From an uncultured Planctomycetota bacterium (GTDB taxonomy: Bacteria > Planctomycetota > Planctomycetia > Isosphaerales > Isosphaeraceae): 64,000 nt of DNA. Position 1 is the first letter of the stretch, and each line of letters starts with the position of its first letter. Where the stretch lies: positions 2,368,001 through 2,432,000 of the forward strand of contig CAWGMQ010000010.1 in NCBI GenBank assembly GCA_963823665.1, written 5' to 3'. This document shows, piece after piece, positions 55,401 to 64,000 of the stretch. The position numbers and the translations under genes are program-made. The notes under the pieces are model-generated. The model had not been told where the DNA came from. It worked only from the letters and a program-made list of their open reading frames with translations, and ran no database searches.

Positions 55401-56655
55401 AGAGATTCACGTTGGCCAGGAGGGCCTTCAACCCGTCCAGTTGGACCGGCTTGGTCAGATGGGAGTTGAAGCCCGCCTCTTGAGAGCTGCGCCGATCTTC
55501 GTCTCCGGAGTATCCGGACAACGCGACCAGAACCGCCCCTTGAAGATCGAGATCCTCACGGAGGTGGTGGGCAACCTCGAGCCCGCCCATGCCGGGCATA
55601 CTGATATCGCAGAAAACCACTTCGGGTGCTTCAATCCGCGCCAGTTCGAGCGCTGTCTCGCCGTCGTACGCGGTTCTTACCTCGTGGCCGGCGAGTCGCA
55701 GCAGCATCGCCATGCTGTCGGTCGCATCCTTGTTGTCGTCGACGAGAAGGATTCGTCGCGGCGGCGCACACTCCGCCAGCAATCGCCCGTCCTCCACCGC
55801 GCCATCTCGCTCGGGCATCTTGTTCTTCAGAAGTGGCAGACGAACCACCAGCTCGGTCCCCCGCCCGAGGCCCGCACTCGAAGCTTGCACACAACCTCCA
55901 TGCAGCTCGACCACGTTGCGCACCAGGGCCAGTCCAATGCCGAGTCCCTCGTCGCCACGGCTCGGCGAGATTGTTGCCTGGGTAAACAGATCGAAGATTC
56001 TTGGCAGCATCGCCGGCTCGATCCCGATGCCAGCGTCGCGCACGCGCAGCATGGCCGAGTCGCCAATCACCTGCACGCTCAACTCGATGCGGCCCCCGTT
56101 TTCCGAATACTTTGCGCTGTTGTTGAGAAGGTTTGTCACGACCTGGGCCAGCCGTCCCGCGTCTCCTTCGACCAGGACTTCATACGCAGGAAGCGATAAC
56201 GCCAGCACATGCCTTTTCGCTTCGATCAGGGGACCGCTCATTTCGACAGCCAGCGCCACCACGGCCCTCAAGTCCACCGGTTTCATGTTCAGATTGATCT
56301 TGCCGTGACCCACTCGAGAGACGTCGAGCAAATCGTCAACCAGCCGGGAAAGCTGCTGGACCTGACGCTCGACCATCTCCGTCACCTGCTGAAGCTCGGG
56401 ATCGGCCGCACTCTTCAAGCGCAAGATTTGCATCGCGCTCCGGATCGGCGCCAGCGGATTGCGCATCTCGTGCCCCAGCATCGCCAGGAACTCATCTTTG
56501 CGCCGGTCTGCTTCCCGGAGATCACGAAGCCTCGCTCCACCGTGCTGGGCAGGCCGTTTTATTTGCGACTGAAGCTCAAAGGGCGCCGCCGATCCCAGCT
56601 TCTGCTCAAACGGCCAACTTCGTTCGATCGTGGTTGTTTTCATCGGTCGCACCAT
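55381..56655 (-). CDS. Hybrid histidine kinase/response regulator lacking an obvious sensor domain
   Basis: KDEFLAMLGHEMRNPL (HisKA), NLLNNSAKYS, DAGIGI, GLGIGL, receiver LLVDDN...DISMPGMGG...LTKP; start uncertain (56643/56655). Confidence 0.88.
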   Translation of the reverse strand: MVRPMKTTTIERSWPFEQKLGSAAPFELQSQIKRPAQHGGARLRDLREADRRKDEFLAMLGHEMRNPLAPIRSAMQILRLKSAADPELQQVTEMVERQVQQLSRLVDDLLDVSRVGHGKINLNMKPVDLRAVVALAVEMSGPLIEAKRHVLALSLPAYEVLVEGDAGRLAQVVTNLLNNSAKYSENGGRIELSVQVIGDSAMLRVRDAGIGIEPAMLPRIFDLFTQATISPSRGDEGLGIGLALVRNVVELHGGCVQASSAGLGRGTELVVRLPLLKNKMPERDGAVEDGRLLAECAPPRRILLVDDNKDATDSMAMLLRLAGHEVRTAYDGETALELARIEAPEVVFCDISMPGMGGLEVAHHLREDLDLQGAVLVALSGYSGDEDRRSSQEAGFNSHLTKPVQLDGLKALLANVNLFTAGSR

Positions 56656-56718
56656 GGATCCTTTGGTACTCGATGGCGAAGTCGTCCCAGGCGTCTTTCC
56701 CCATGCCTCGCGGCCAGC

Positions 56719-56764
56719 AAAAAAAAACGGCGCGGCGCACAACCCGAAGGTGTCCGCCGCGCCG
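56719..56764 (-). terminator. Intrinsic terminator on the minus strand
   Basis: 10 bp perfect stem CGGCGCGGCG (56728-37) / CGCCGCGCCG (56755-64) followed by U9 (A-run 56719-27). Confidence 0.8.
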
Positions 56765-56998
56765 GCTTACTCGTCAACGAGCCCCCCGCCACTGGCGAGT
56801 TGCCCTTCATCTAGTCGTCCGACGATATTTTTTTGGGTCGCCTGGGCGTTTGCGTAGGCCCCGGTGGGTCCCATTATGCCGCGCCCCGCAGAAATAGCAA
56901 GGGACATCGCTCGATTCACGATGCCGGGATCATCAACCAGCCGGAGAGAATCAAGGTTCCGGCTGACATCCTGCCGAAACCTTGAATTTCAGCCGGAA

Positions 56999-57841
56999 TC
57001 AGTCTCGCGACCCCCTCCCGAGCAACTTCTTTCCGACGACAGGCAGCCCCAGCAGCACCCACCCGATGAGAGCGAGAGTCATTGTGCCGGGTTCTGGAAC
57101 AGACGCCGGCGAGATGCAGTTGGTGATGGTGTTCGACTGGAGCGTCACAGCACCATTAAGCGCCAGCGCGCTTCCGTCAAGGATAGTTGCGCCGGTGTTC
57201 ATCGTGATGCTCGCGTCCGCGAGAATGTGTCCTGCGAACGCACTGTCTGTATTGAGCGTCGCGGAGCTGCCAACCTGCCAAAACACCGTGCACCCTGCCA
57301 TCGGAACCGAACCGCCGCCGGCGTTCAGCTCTGCCACGACAGCGGAGCTGCTCGCGGTCGTGAGCGTGCTCCCAATCTGGAACACGAATTGGGCATTCGC
57401 GTTGCCCTCGTAGTTGAGGGTGAGCGTGCCCGTCAGTTGCGCCGACGAAGAAAAGAAGTACGTCCCCGGCGTTAACGTGAGCCCGCCAAGATCCATACCA
57501 GTCAAGTTCTGCGTGGGCGCAAGTCCCGCCGCAACGTTGTAGGCAGAGAGCGCATCAGCCTGTGCCTGCATCGCCACGGCATCCGTTATGTGCGTCGTGA
57601 ATGGCGGCGTGATCGTCCCCGGCCCCCCATCGACACTGGCGAAGCCCGTGATCGACGTGCCTGGGTAAAGCCCGACATCTCCGCCGTTGATGACAGTCGG
57701 ACCAGTGTTGGTCACCGTCGATGCACCCAGCACCGCAAAGTTTCCCGAAGTACCGAGGTTAATGCCGCCGCCGGCCATCGCGTGGGGTGAAAAACCGACG
57801 AGTGTCGCGATCGCGATCAGAACCAGGATCTTGCACCTCAT
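56999..57841 (-). CDS. Ice-binding (DUF3494/IBP-1 fold) protein with PEP-CTERM sorting signal
   Basis: Signal peptide; LG..GNFAVLG.STVTNTGPT, AQAD...AY, DLGGLTLTPG.Y, FVFQIGSTLTTA, VFWQVGSSATL, AL.GAVTL..N.I; C-terminal VPEPG + TM + basic tail. Confidence 0.93.
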   Translation of the reverse strand: MRCKILVLIAIATLVGFSPHAMAGGGINLGTSGNFAVLGASTVTNTGPTVINGGDVGLYPGTSITGFASVDGGPGTITPPFTTHITDAVAMQAQADALSAYNVAAGLAPTQNLTGMDLGGLTLTPGTYFFSSSAQLTGTLTLNYEGNANAQFVFQIGSTLTTASSSAVVAELNAGGGSVPMAGCTVFWQVGSSATLNTDSAFAGHILADASITMNTGATILDGSALALNGAVTLQSNTITNCISPASVPEPGTMTLALIGWVLLGLPVVGKKLLGRGSRD

Positions 57842-58051
57842 TTCGGACCTCCTTCGTCGAACGAACGCTTGTCGCCGCCCGTGCTTGAGGATGAATGCGA
57901 TTCAGAATGAAGGCGCCGATCCGCAGGAACCCAAAGGCCGAGTTCGATCGACGGGCGTCCCTGCCTGGATTGCCCTCCGTGCGCCATCCGATACCCACGC
58001 ATCCGCGCCCTAACAAGTCCAGCCTATGACGGAGAGACGCCGGCGGTGTAG

Positions 58052-58108
58052 CGGGAAAACCCTGGGATGCGCGGGGAAATGACCTGGGATCGAGTCGGGA
58101 AAAGACTG
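58052..58108. promoter_or_regulatory. Three phased operator-like repeats upstream of the ice-binding gene
   Basis: CGGGAAAACCCTG (58052), CGGGGAAATGACCTG (58072), CGGGAAAAGACTG (58096); about 22 bp period. Confidence 0.55.
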
Positions 58109-58183
58109 TAAGAGCGGAAGCGACGCGACGATCTCCAATTCGCCGATGGCCGGGTTGGGGAGAGCCGATCCGCGTGCCGGTCG

Positions 58184-58843
58184 CTAGACGTCCGGAGTGA
58201 TCACACCCATCCGGATCGCAAAGCGCACCAGGCCCGCGATGTGGTGGACATCGAGCGCATTCATCAATTGACTCCGATGCGTCTCCACCGCCTTGACGCC
58301 GAGCCCCAGCTTGCGGGCGATCTCTTTGGTTGTGTCCCCTTCCGCGACCAACTGCAGCACCTCGCGCTGGCGCGGCGTGAGGCGCTCGACCGGGCTGGTC
58401 ATCTCGCTGCCGACGCGTTTGACGTAGGCCGCGATGACGTGCTTGGAAATCGCCGAGCAGAGGTATGTTTCGCCCCGGGCAACCGCCCGGATCGCATGCT
58501 CGAGCTCCTGGGGGCTGGTGTTCTTGAGCAGGTAGCCGGCCGCGCCCAGGCGAAGCGCTTGCAGGACGCACTCCTCGTTGCCGTTCATGGAGAGGATGAT
58601 GGTTCGCGTCCGCGGCGAAACTGCGGCCACGCGTGCGGTCGCGTCGAGGCCATTCATCTCCGGCATCATGATGTCCATCAGGACGACGTCGGGGTGATGC
58701 ACCTTACACAGGCGCAGCGAGTCGCGGCCGTCGCCCGCCTCGGCGACGATTTCGACGCCGGCAATGCCTTGCACCAGGGAGCGGATCCCCGCACGGAAGA
58801 GGTCGTGATCGTCGGCGAGCAGGACGCGGATCGGCGTGCTCAC
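58184..58843 (-). CDS. NarL/FixJ (LuxR-HTH) family response regulator
   Basis: IRVLLADDH, DVVLMDIMMP.MNG, GAAGYLLK, LTPRQREVLQLVAEG..TKEIA.KL....K.VETHR. Confidence 0.95.
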   Translation of the reverse strand: MSTPIRVLLADDHDLFRAGIRSLVQGIAGVEIVAEAGDGRDSLRLCKVHHPDVVLMDIMMPEMNGLDATARVAAVSPRTRTIILSMNGNEECVLQALRLGAAGYLLKNTSPQELEHAIRAVARGETYLCSAISKHVIAAYVKRVGSEMTSPVERLTPRQREVLQLVAEGDTTKEIARKLGLGVKAVETHRSQLMNALDVHHIAGLVRFAIRMGVITPDV

Positions 58844-60333
58844 TGCTGGCCCTCCTCGTGCGGCTCATCCGCCGGAGGTGTGGCTGTCAGGGGGAACCAG
58901 ACGCAGACGCTGGCTCCATGACCCGGTTGCGACTCGACCGTGGCACGGCCGCCCAGCAGCGCGACCCGTTCTTGAATCGCCAGCAGGCCGAAGGCCACGC
59001 CCCCGCGGGCGCGGAGGCGCGCGGCCTCGAGATCGAAGCCGACTCCATCGTCACGAACGAGCAGTCGGACCTGCTCCTCACCCTGCTGCAGCTCGACCCA
59101 GACGTTTCGCGCGTGTGCGTGCCGCACGACGTTGGTAAGTGCCCCCTGGGCGATTCGGAAGCAGGCGGTGGCCAGGCTCGGGGGGAGCGGCGCCGACGAC
59201 GACTCGACGGCGAAGTGCGCGACCAGGGCCGACCGCTGCGCCTGGCGATCCACCAGCCAGCGCAATGAGGCCGCCAGTCCAAGGTCGTCGAGCATGTAGG
59301 GCCGTAATTCGAGCGAGAGGTTGCGCACTTGCTCAACGGCCTGGTCGACGATCTGGATGCTTTCCTCGATCCGGGGAGAAGCGGCGGCGCTCGCAGTGGC
59401 TTTGAGCCCTTGCAGATTGACGCCGACCGCGCTCAAGACCTGCCCGATTTCATCGTGCAGCTCGCGGGCAATGTGCCGGCGCTCCTGCTCCTGAACCTCA
59501 ACGACGCGCCGGGAAAGGACCTGCAGTCGCTCGGCCGTGCTGCGCAGGGCCTCTTCGGCCTTCTTGCGCTCGGAGATGTCGCGAGAGATTCCGAGGACGC
59601 CGATCACCTCTCCGTTTGCATTCCTGTACGGCGCCTTGGTCGTGAGCAAAGTTCGAGTAACGCCCGCCGCTGTGACGAGCTCCTCGAGCGTCGTGCTTTC
59701 TTCGCTCTCCATCACCCGACGGTCGATCGCCCTGATACACTCGGCTGTCTCCGGGGCAAACAACACGCTCGCGTCCCGGCCGATCACTTCCGCGACGGTC
59801 CTGCCGAGACCCCGCGCACCATGGGAATTGATCATCAAGTTGCGGCCGTCGACGTACTTGACGTAGATCGCGTCCGAAACGCCTTCGATCACCGCGTGCA
59901 AGTCGGTGATATCGCGCGAGATGCCGAGCACGCCCACGATACGGCCTCGATCGTCTCGGAACGGTCCCTTGGTGCTTACAAGCATCCTCATCGGTTTTGG
60001 GCACGATAACGTCTGCTCGAGGGTTATGGTTATCCCATCCGCCGCGATTTGCCGGTCGATTTGCATCATCTCCCAGGCGTCGTCGGCCGCGAATAGTTCT
60101 GTATCATCCTTGCCGATGGCCTCTTCCGCCGGCATTCCCAACACGCCCGCGCACGCCGTGTTGACCAGCGTGTAGCGCCCCTGTGCGTCTTTGGCATAGA
60201 CCGCGTCGGGAATCAGTTCAGTCGCGGCTAGCAACACGGCGCATCTAGCGCGCACAGCGCCGGCAGAAGCGCGCAGCGCGCACAAATCTTCAAGCAATTG
60301 CTCTCGAGTCTTGCCCGAGTCTTCTGCGTCCAT
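58840..60333 (-). CDS. PAS-PAS sensor histidine kinase (HisKA_3 / NarX-UhpB type)
   Basis: Two PAS_4-like repeats (DAVYAKD..GRY..VN...K.P.R...G...GVLGISRDI), QEQERRHIARELHDEIGQ, LRP..LDDLGL, DDGVGF; overlaps the response regulator by 4 bp. Confidence 0.93.
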   Translation of the reverse strand: MDAEDSGKTREQLLEDLCALRASAGAVRARCAVLLAATELIPDAVYAKDAQGRYTLVNTACAGVLGMPAEEAIGKDDTELFAADDAWEMMQIDRQIAADGITITLEQTLSCPKPMRMLVSTKGPFRDDRGRIVGVLGISRDITDLHAVIEGVSDAIYVKYVDGRNLMINSHGARGLGRTVAEVIGRDASVLFAPETAECIRAIDRRVMESEESTTLEELVTAAGVTRTLLTTKAPYRNANGEVIGVLGISRDISERKKAEEALRSTAERLQVLSRRVVEVQEQERRHIARELHDEIGQVLSAVGVNLQGLKATASAAASPRIEESIQIVDQAVEQVRNLSLELRPYMLDDLGLAASLRWLVDRQAQRSALVAHFAVESSSAPLPPSLATACFRIAQGALTNVVRHAHARNVWVELQQGEEQVRLLVRDDGVGFDLEAARLRARGGVAFGLLAIQERVALLGGRATVESQPGHGASVCVWFPLTATPPADEPHEEGQQ

Positions 60334-60985
60334 CTCGGGTAGCCCTTACGAAGCTAGGCACGCTGCCGAGCCTCACATCCTCTATGGGAAATTGTCACGA
60401 CCCGATCGATCACAACCTGGCTGCACTCAGGACGTACCAGCACTCCTCCTAAATTGCCATTCACGATCGCCGTTATCCGTCAGTTAGCGTCGCACCAGAC
60501 TTGCGCGGTGGAGGTGCAGCACCGCACGGGCCCTGTTGGAATACACTATGGCCGAAATGCAGCGGATCGAGCAACGGCGTGAGACCCTGAGTCCCTCTCC
60601 ATACGGCGAGGGGGCGATGCGTTGTGCAATTCGCCGCCGTGCGCACGAACACACGACGAGATGCAGATCCAGTGGTCTAAAACGCCGCTATGGCAAACCT
60701 ATCGAACTCAAATATTAATAGCATGTCAAGTAACTTGTACAAAGACGGCTTATCTAAAACGCGATTGAACATCCAAGTTTGGTTGTAACCCAAGTTCCAG
60801 CATCTAGTTTGCAAAATGGCGTCATCCGCTTTTCTCGCCGAGCACAACGCCATTGTCGTTCATTTTTTCAGTCGCACGTTTATTTTTTTCAACAACTCCC
60901 ACTCATCAGAACGAGTTCGATTGCGTACAACCCAGCCGTGCCCATGATGCCTCGCTCAGCAAAATTAACCGGCGAAACGGTTTAA

Positions 60986-61001
60986 ATCTTGGTACCAAGA
61001 T
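60986..61001. promoter_or_regulatory. Perfect 16 bp palindrome ATCTTGGTACCAAGAT, candidate operator
   Basis: Exact inverted repeat about 100 bp upstream of the DUF2294 gene. Confidence 0.5.
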
Positions 61002-61104
61002 GATCAACTAGCGGTAGAGCATCGTCGACTCCCAGCAAGGCTGCGACCGGATTCATGCCGGTTTGAAGCCCATCACCCGGTGAGGCAACGCAATCGAGGG
61101 CTCC

Positions 61105-61494
61105 ATGCGAACACAGGGCGAAATCGAAGCCGCCATCTGCGCTGGTATGAGTCGTTTTGAGCAGGAATACATGGGGCGGGGGCCCACGGACATTCGCGCC
61201 CACTTGATCGACGACATTCTTCTCGTCCGCCTCCAGGGTGTCCTGACGGCCGCTGAACAGCATCTGGTCAAGTCCCTTCCGGCCGAGAAGGGGAGAGACT
61301 TGCTCAAGCAAGTGCGCACGCATCTACTCGAAACCGCGCGCCCGCTGATGGAGGCAATGGTCAAGGAAATTACCGGAATCGAGGTCGTCAGCATGCACCA
61401 CGACATCAGCACCGTTAGTGGCGAAGAAGTCGTGCTCTTCACCCTCGCCGAAACACCGCGGGTCCGCGAACCGAAGAGGAATCCGGGCTCCTGA
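61105..61494 (+). CDS. DUF2294 / Na-translocating system MpsC family protein
   Basis: TQGEIEAAI, EYMGRGP.DI, LVRL.GVLT.AE..L, L.KQVR..L.E, I.G..V.S.HHDIST..GEE...FTL. Confidence 0.88.
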   Translation: MRTQGEIEAAICAGMSRFEQEYMGRGPTDIRAHLIDDILLVRLQGVLTAAEQHLVKSLPAEKGRDLLKQVRTHLLETARPLMEAMVKEITGIEVVSMHHDISTVSGEEVVLFTLAETPRVREPKRNPGS

Positions 61495-61497
61495 AGA

Positions 61498-62773
61498 ATG
61501 AACGAGAAGCGATTGTCGTCGGCTGAAAAAATGAACGAGACGGCAACCACTCCCGAGGGCCCGACCTTCCGCTCGGCCAGGCCCGTCTCCTGGGTGATCG
61601 CGGGTGCCCAGATCCTGAACCGCCTCGACCTTGCCTGGCGCAACCGGCTGCGCCTCTCCCAGCCGGATCTGGCGATATTGGGCACGCTCCCTCGCACGGC
61701 GGGAATCATCCTCGCCTCCAATCACGCCGACGAAACGGATATGAAGGCATGCCTCGAGTTATCGCGGCGCTGCCACCGCCGATTTCTCTTCATGATGAAT
61801 CGCGAGGCTTTCGATGAGGCTTCCGGGCTCGCCGGCTGGTGGCTCCAGCGCCTCGGCTCGTTCTCCGTTGAACGAGGCGGCCACAACGACGTCGCAAAAG
61901 ACTTCGCGATCGACGTGGTCAAACGGGCCCAGGACGTGCTCGTCATTTTTCCGGAAGGGGAGATCCACTACCTGAACGATCTGGTGCAGCCGTTCAAAAG
62001 CGGCGCTGTTGAGATTGGAATGCAGGCTGTGGTCAGCCGGCGGCAAACCGATCCCGATTGGACCGCCTACCTCGTCCCGCTGGCCATCAAGTATCGTTAC
62101 CGCCAGGCCATTCAGCCGATCCTTGATGAAAAGACACGCTTGATGGAGCAGCGTCTCTTCCGCAGAGCTCCCTCCGACTCGCTGCCTCACCGCCTGGCAC
62201 GGATCGTCGCCGAGCTTCTCCATCGCCAGGAGATGATCCATGATCTGGCTGCCGACCCGGATCGCCGCGCCGCACTCACCGATCGCGTGCAAGCGGCGCG
62301 GCGGGCGGTGCTGTCGCAGATCGAAGAGGCCCACACCGGCGCGACCGCCGATCCCAGGGCCCAGACGATCGATCGCACCTGGCGCTTGAGCTCCTACCTG
62401 CGGAGCTTGCTGAGACAGGGGGGCGAGTACAGCGACGAAAGCCGCGAAGGCTTCCGCCTCGACCTCGCGGTACTCAAGCGTGTGGCACAGATGGGAAGCT
62501 GGCAGCCAAGCTACGTGGATCTCGACCCGTCGCAGGAACGCCTCGCGGAAATGGTCTTGAAGCTCGAGCGGGAGGTCTACGGCATCAAACGGCCCCGCCA
62601 GCTCGCTAGTCGCGACGTCTTCCTCCGCATCGGCGAGCCGATCGACCTCGGCCAGTTCGTCCCATCTTATCTCGAAAACCCACACGCCACCTGCCATGCA
62701 GTCGCCGAACAGCCTCCGCGCGGTGATCCAGGCCCTGATCAACGACATCGTGACCCCACCGCCAACAAGGTAG
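61498..62773 (+). CDS. Lysophospholipid/glycerol acyltransferase (PlsC-like) with long C-terminal helical region; frameshift near 62712
   Basis: SNHADETD (HX4D), LG.FSVERG, LVIFPEGE, VP.AIKYRY, IGEPIDL. Confidence 0.85.
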
Positions 62774-62983
62774 CGATCGCTAAAGTGGCGCGACCCCCGA
62801 AGCTTCGCTCTCCGCGTTTAAAAATAAATACTATGATTGTACTTGCATTTCCATATATTTTATATTATCATTGACGACAGAAAACCGGCATGAATCGCAG
62901 CCGAACCCGCCGGCCGCTTTTTCGAGGGGACGAGCCCAAAGAGAACGTCGCGACGGGAAAGGAGAGCCCAGCATGGAACGCTT

Positions 62984-63893
62984 TCAAACCGCATTGCCCA
63001 GCGCCGAAGCACTGCCATTCCGCGGTATCCGGCCCTTGAGCACATTCGAGCGGAAAACCGGTCCGAACGACTGGTCGGGCCGGTTCTGGCTACCCGACGG
63101 TCGACTGGGTACAGCCGGTTCAAAAGTTCTGCCTGGTCCGCTCCGACGGCCAGCTCGGAGAAATGACGATGGATCGCTTCGCGCTGAACGGCGTGTGATG
63201 CCGATGTCGCTGTCCTCGGCGCAGGCCGTTCTCACGCCGCCGGCGACGAACGGCACCACGATCTTGAGAATAAACCGGTAGTGAGCCAGGCTCCCCGCGA
63301 GAACGAAGAAGTGAAAGATCTCGTGAGCACCCAAGGTCCCCGGTAAGATCACCGGCCAGTGCAGCAAGTTGAGCACCGCCCCGACGCTGTAAGAGACGCC
63401 GCCAACGACGATCGGCAACAAGCGCCCGATGAGAGATCGCCCGTGCGATCTCGAAATAACAAACGACCGCGCCCCACCCCATTCCCAGGTAGAGGCAAGT
63501 CGCCAGTCCCGGCGAGAAGTGGAGGCCGGCCGCGATCAGGATCGTGGCCGTCGCTGCCACACCCCAGACGGCCGCCAGCGTCCACCACCGCCAATGGCCT
63601 CGCAAGAGACAAAACGCCATCGGCGTGTAGCTGCCCGCGATCAGAGCAAATATTCCGACGCCGTCCAGCCGGGCGAAAGCGGCAATGCCCGCCTGCGGCA
63701 GCCGCACGCCGTGGTAGAGCGTGCTCGCCAGATAACAGAAGGCCAAGGTCAATCCATAGACGACCACGGTCAACCGCTTGGTCGGCTCCCCCGCACTCCG
63801 TCGCCAGAGCAGGAACGTGCCCGGCACGGCCAGCAATAGCCCGGCGCAGTGGCTCCATGCGCTCACCGGCTCACGAAAGTCAAGAATGCTCAT
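62984..63893 (-). CDS. Hemolysin III / PAQR family membrane protein, frameshift near 63420
   Basis: REPVSAWSH, YLASTLYH, RLD..GIF.LIAGSYTP, YLGMGW, GG.SYSVGA, G.HEIFHFFVLAGSLAH. Confidence 0.9.
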
Positions 63894-64000
63894 GCTGTTC
63901 ACCCGGTTAATGGCCGGGGCGGCTTGTCACTTGACGCAGAGATCCTCTCATGAACGCCACCACGGTCCAGCCGCTCAGCATTCCCAGGAAGTATATCCCG

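Noticed and set aside
56780..56810. c-di-GMP-I riboswitch
   Set aside because: GGGCAAC...hairpin resembles one arm only; the GNRA loop, GCAAA junction and second arm are absent.
4830..63893. Programmed frameshifting or mass pseudogenisation
   Set aside because: Single-base shifts hit many unrelated conserved genes (sodA, ppdK, ABC ATPase, P450) without slippery-site patterns or accumulated stops; best explained by sequencing indels.
1..64000. tRNA, rRNA, integrase, transposase or prophage genes
   Set aside because: None recognised by eye; a tRNAscan/Infernal/HMM run would be needed to exclude weak cases.

Overview
GC-rich bacterial chromosomal segment, most likely a planctomycete of the Isosphaeraceae type. 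This is inferred from an LExKLLL planctomycete extracellular signal, planctomycete-style TolC/RND and BlaI/BlaR1 genes, a PEP-CTERM protein and many short palindromic intergenic repeats. Many conserved genes (ipdC-like, sodA, ppdK, P450, ABC ATPase and others) are split by single-base frameshifts, which most likely reflects an unpolished long-read assembly. Housekeeping content: GGCT, TPP-dependent decarboxylase, FG-GAP surface protein, TolC-RND-MacAB-like export operon, greA, RluA, sodA, hydrolases, two CX5R phosphatases, GT39-like glycosyltransferase, glpK and ppdK. Most notable accessory items: (i) a divergent Septu/PtuAB-like ATPase + long HNH nuclease pair between glpK and ppdK, with no reverse transcriptase; (ii) a BlaI + BlaR1/M56 sensor whose C-terminal part is three copies of an unnamed ~145 aa domain plus a serine hydrolase, next to P450, nitronate monooxygenase and quinone reductase genes; (iii) a PEP-CTERM-anchored DUF3494 ice-binding protein flanked by two-component genes with phased operator-like repeats; (iv) a 67-68 bp periodic intergenic array; (v) a nucleotidyltransferase + UvrA-like pair; (vi) a small zf-HIT-like protein; (vii) candidate structured leaders before greA, a hybrid kinase and a DUF2294/MpsC gene. 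No rRNA, tRNA, cas gene, integrase or transposase was recognised.
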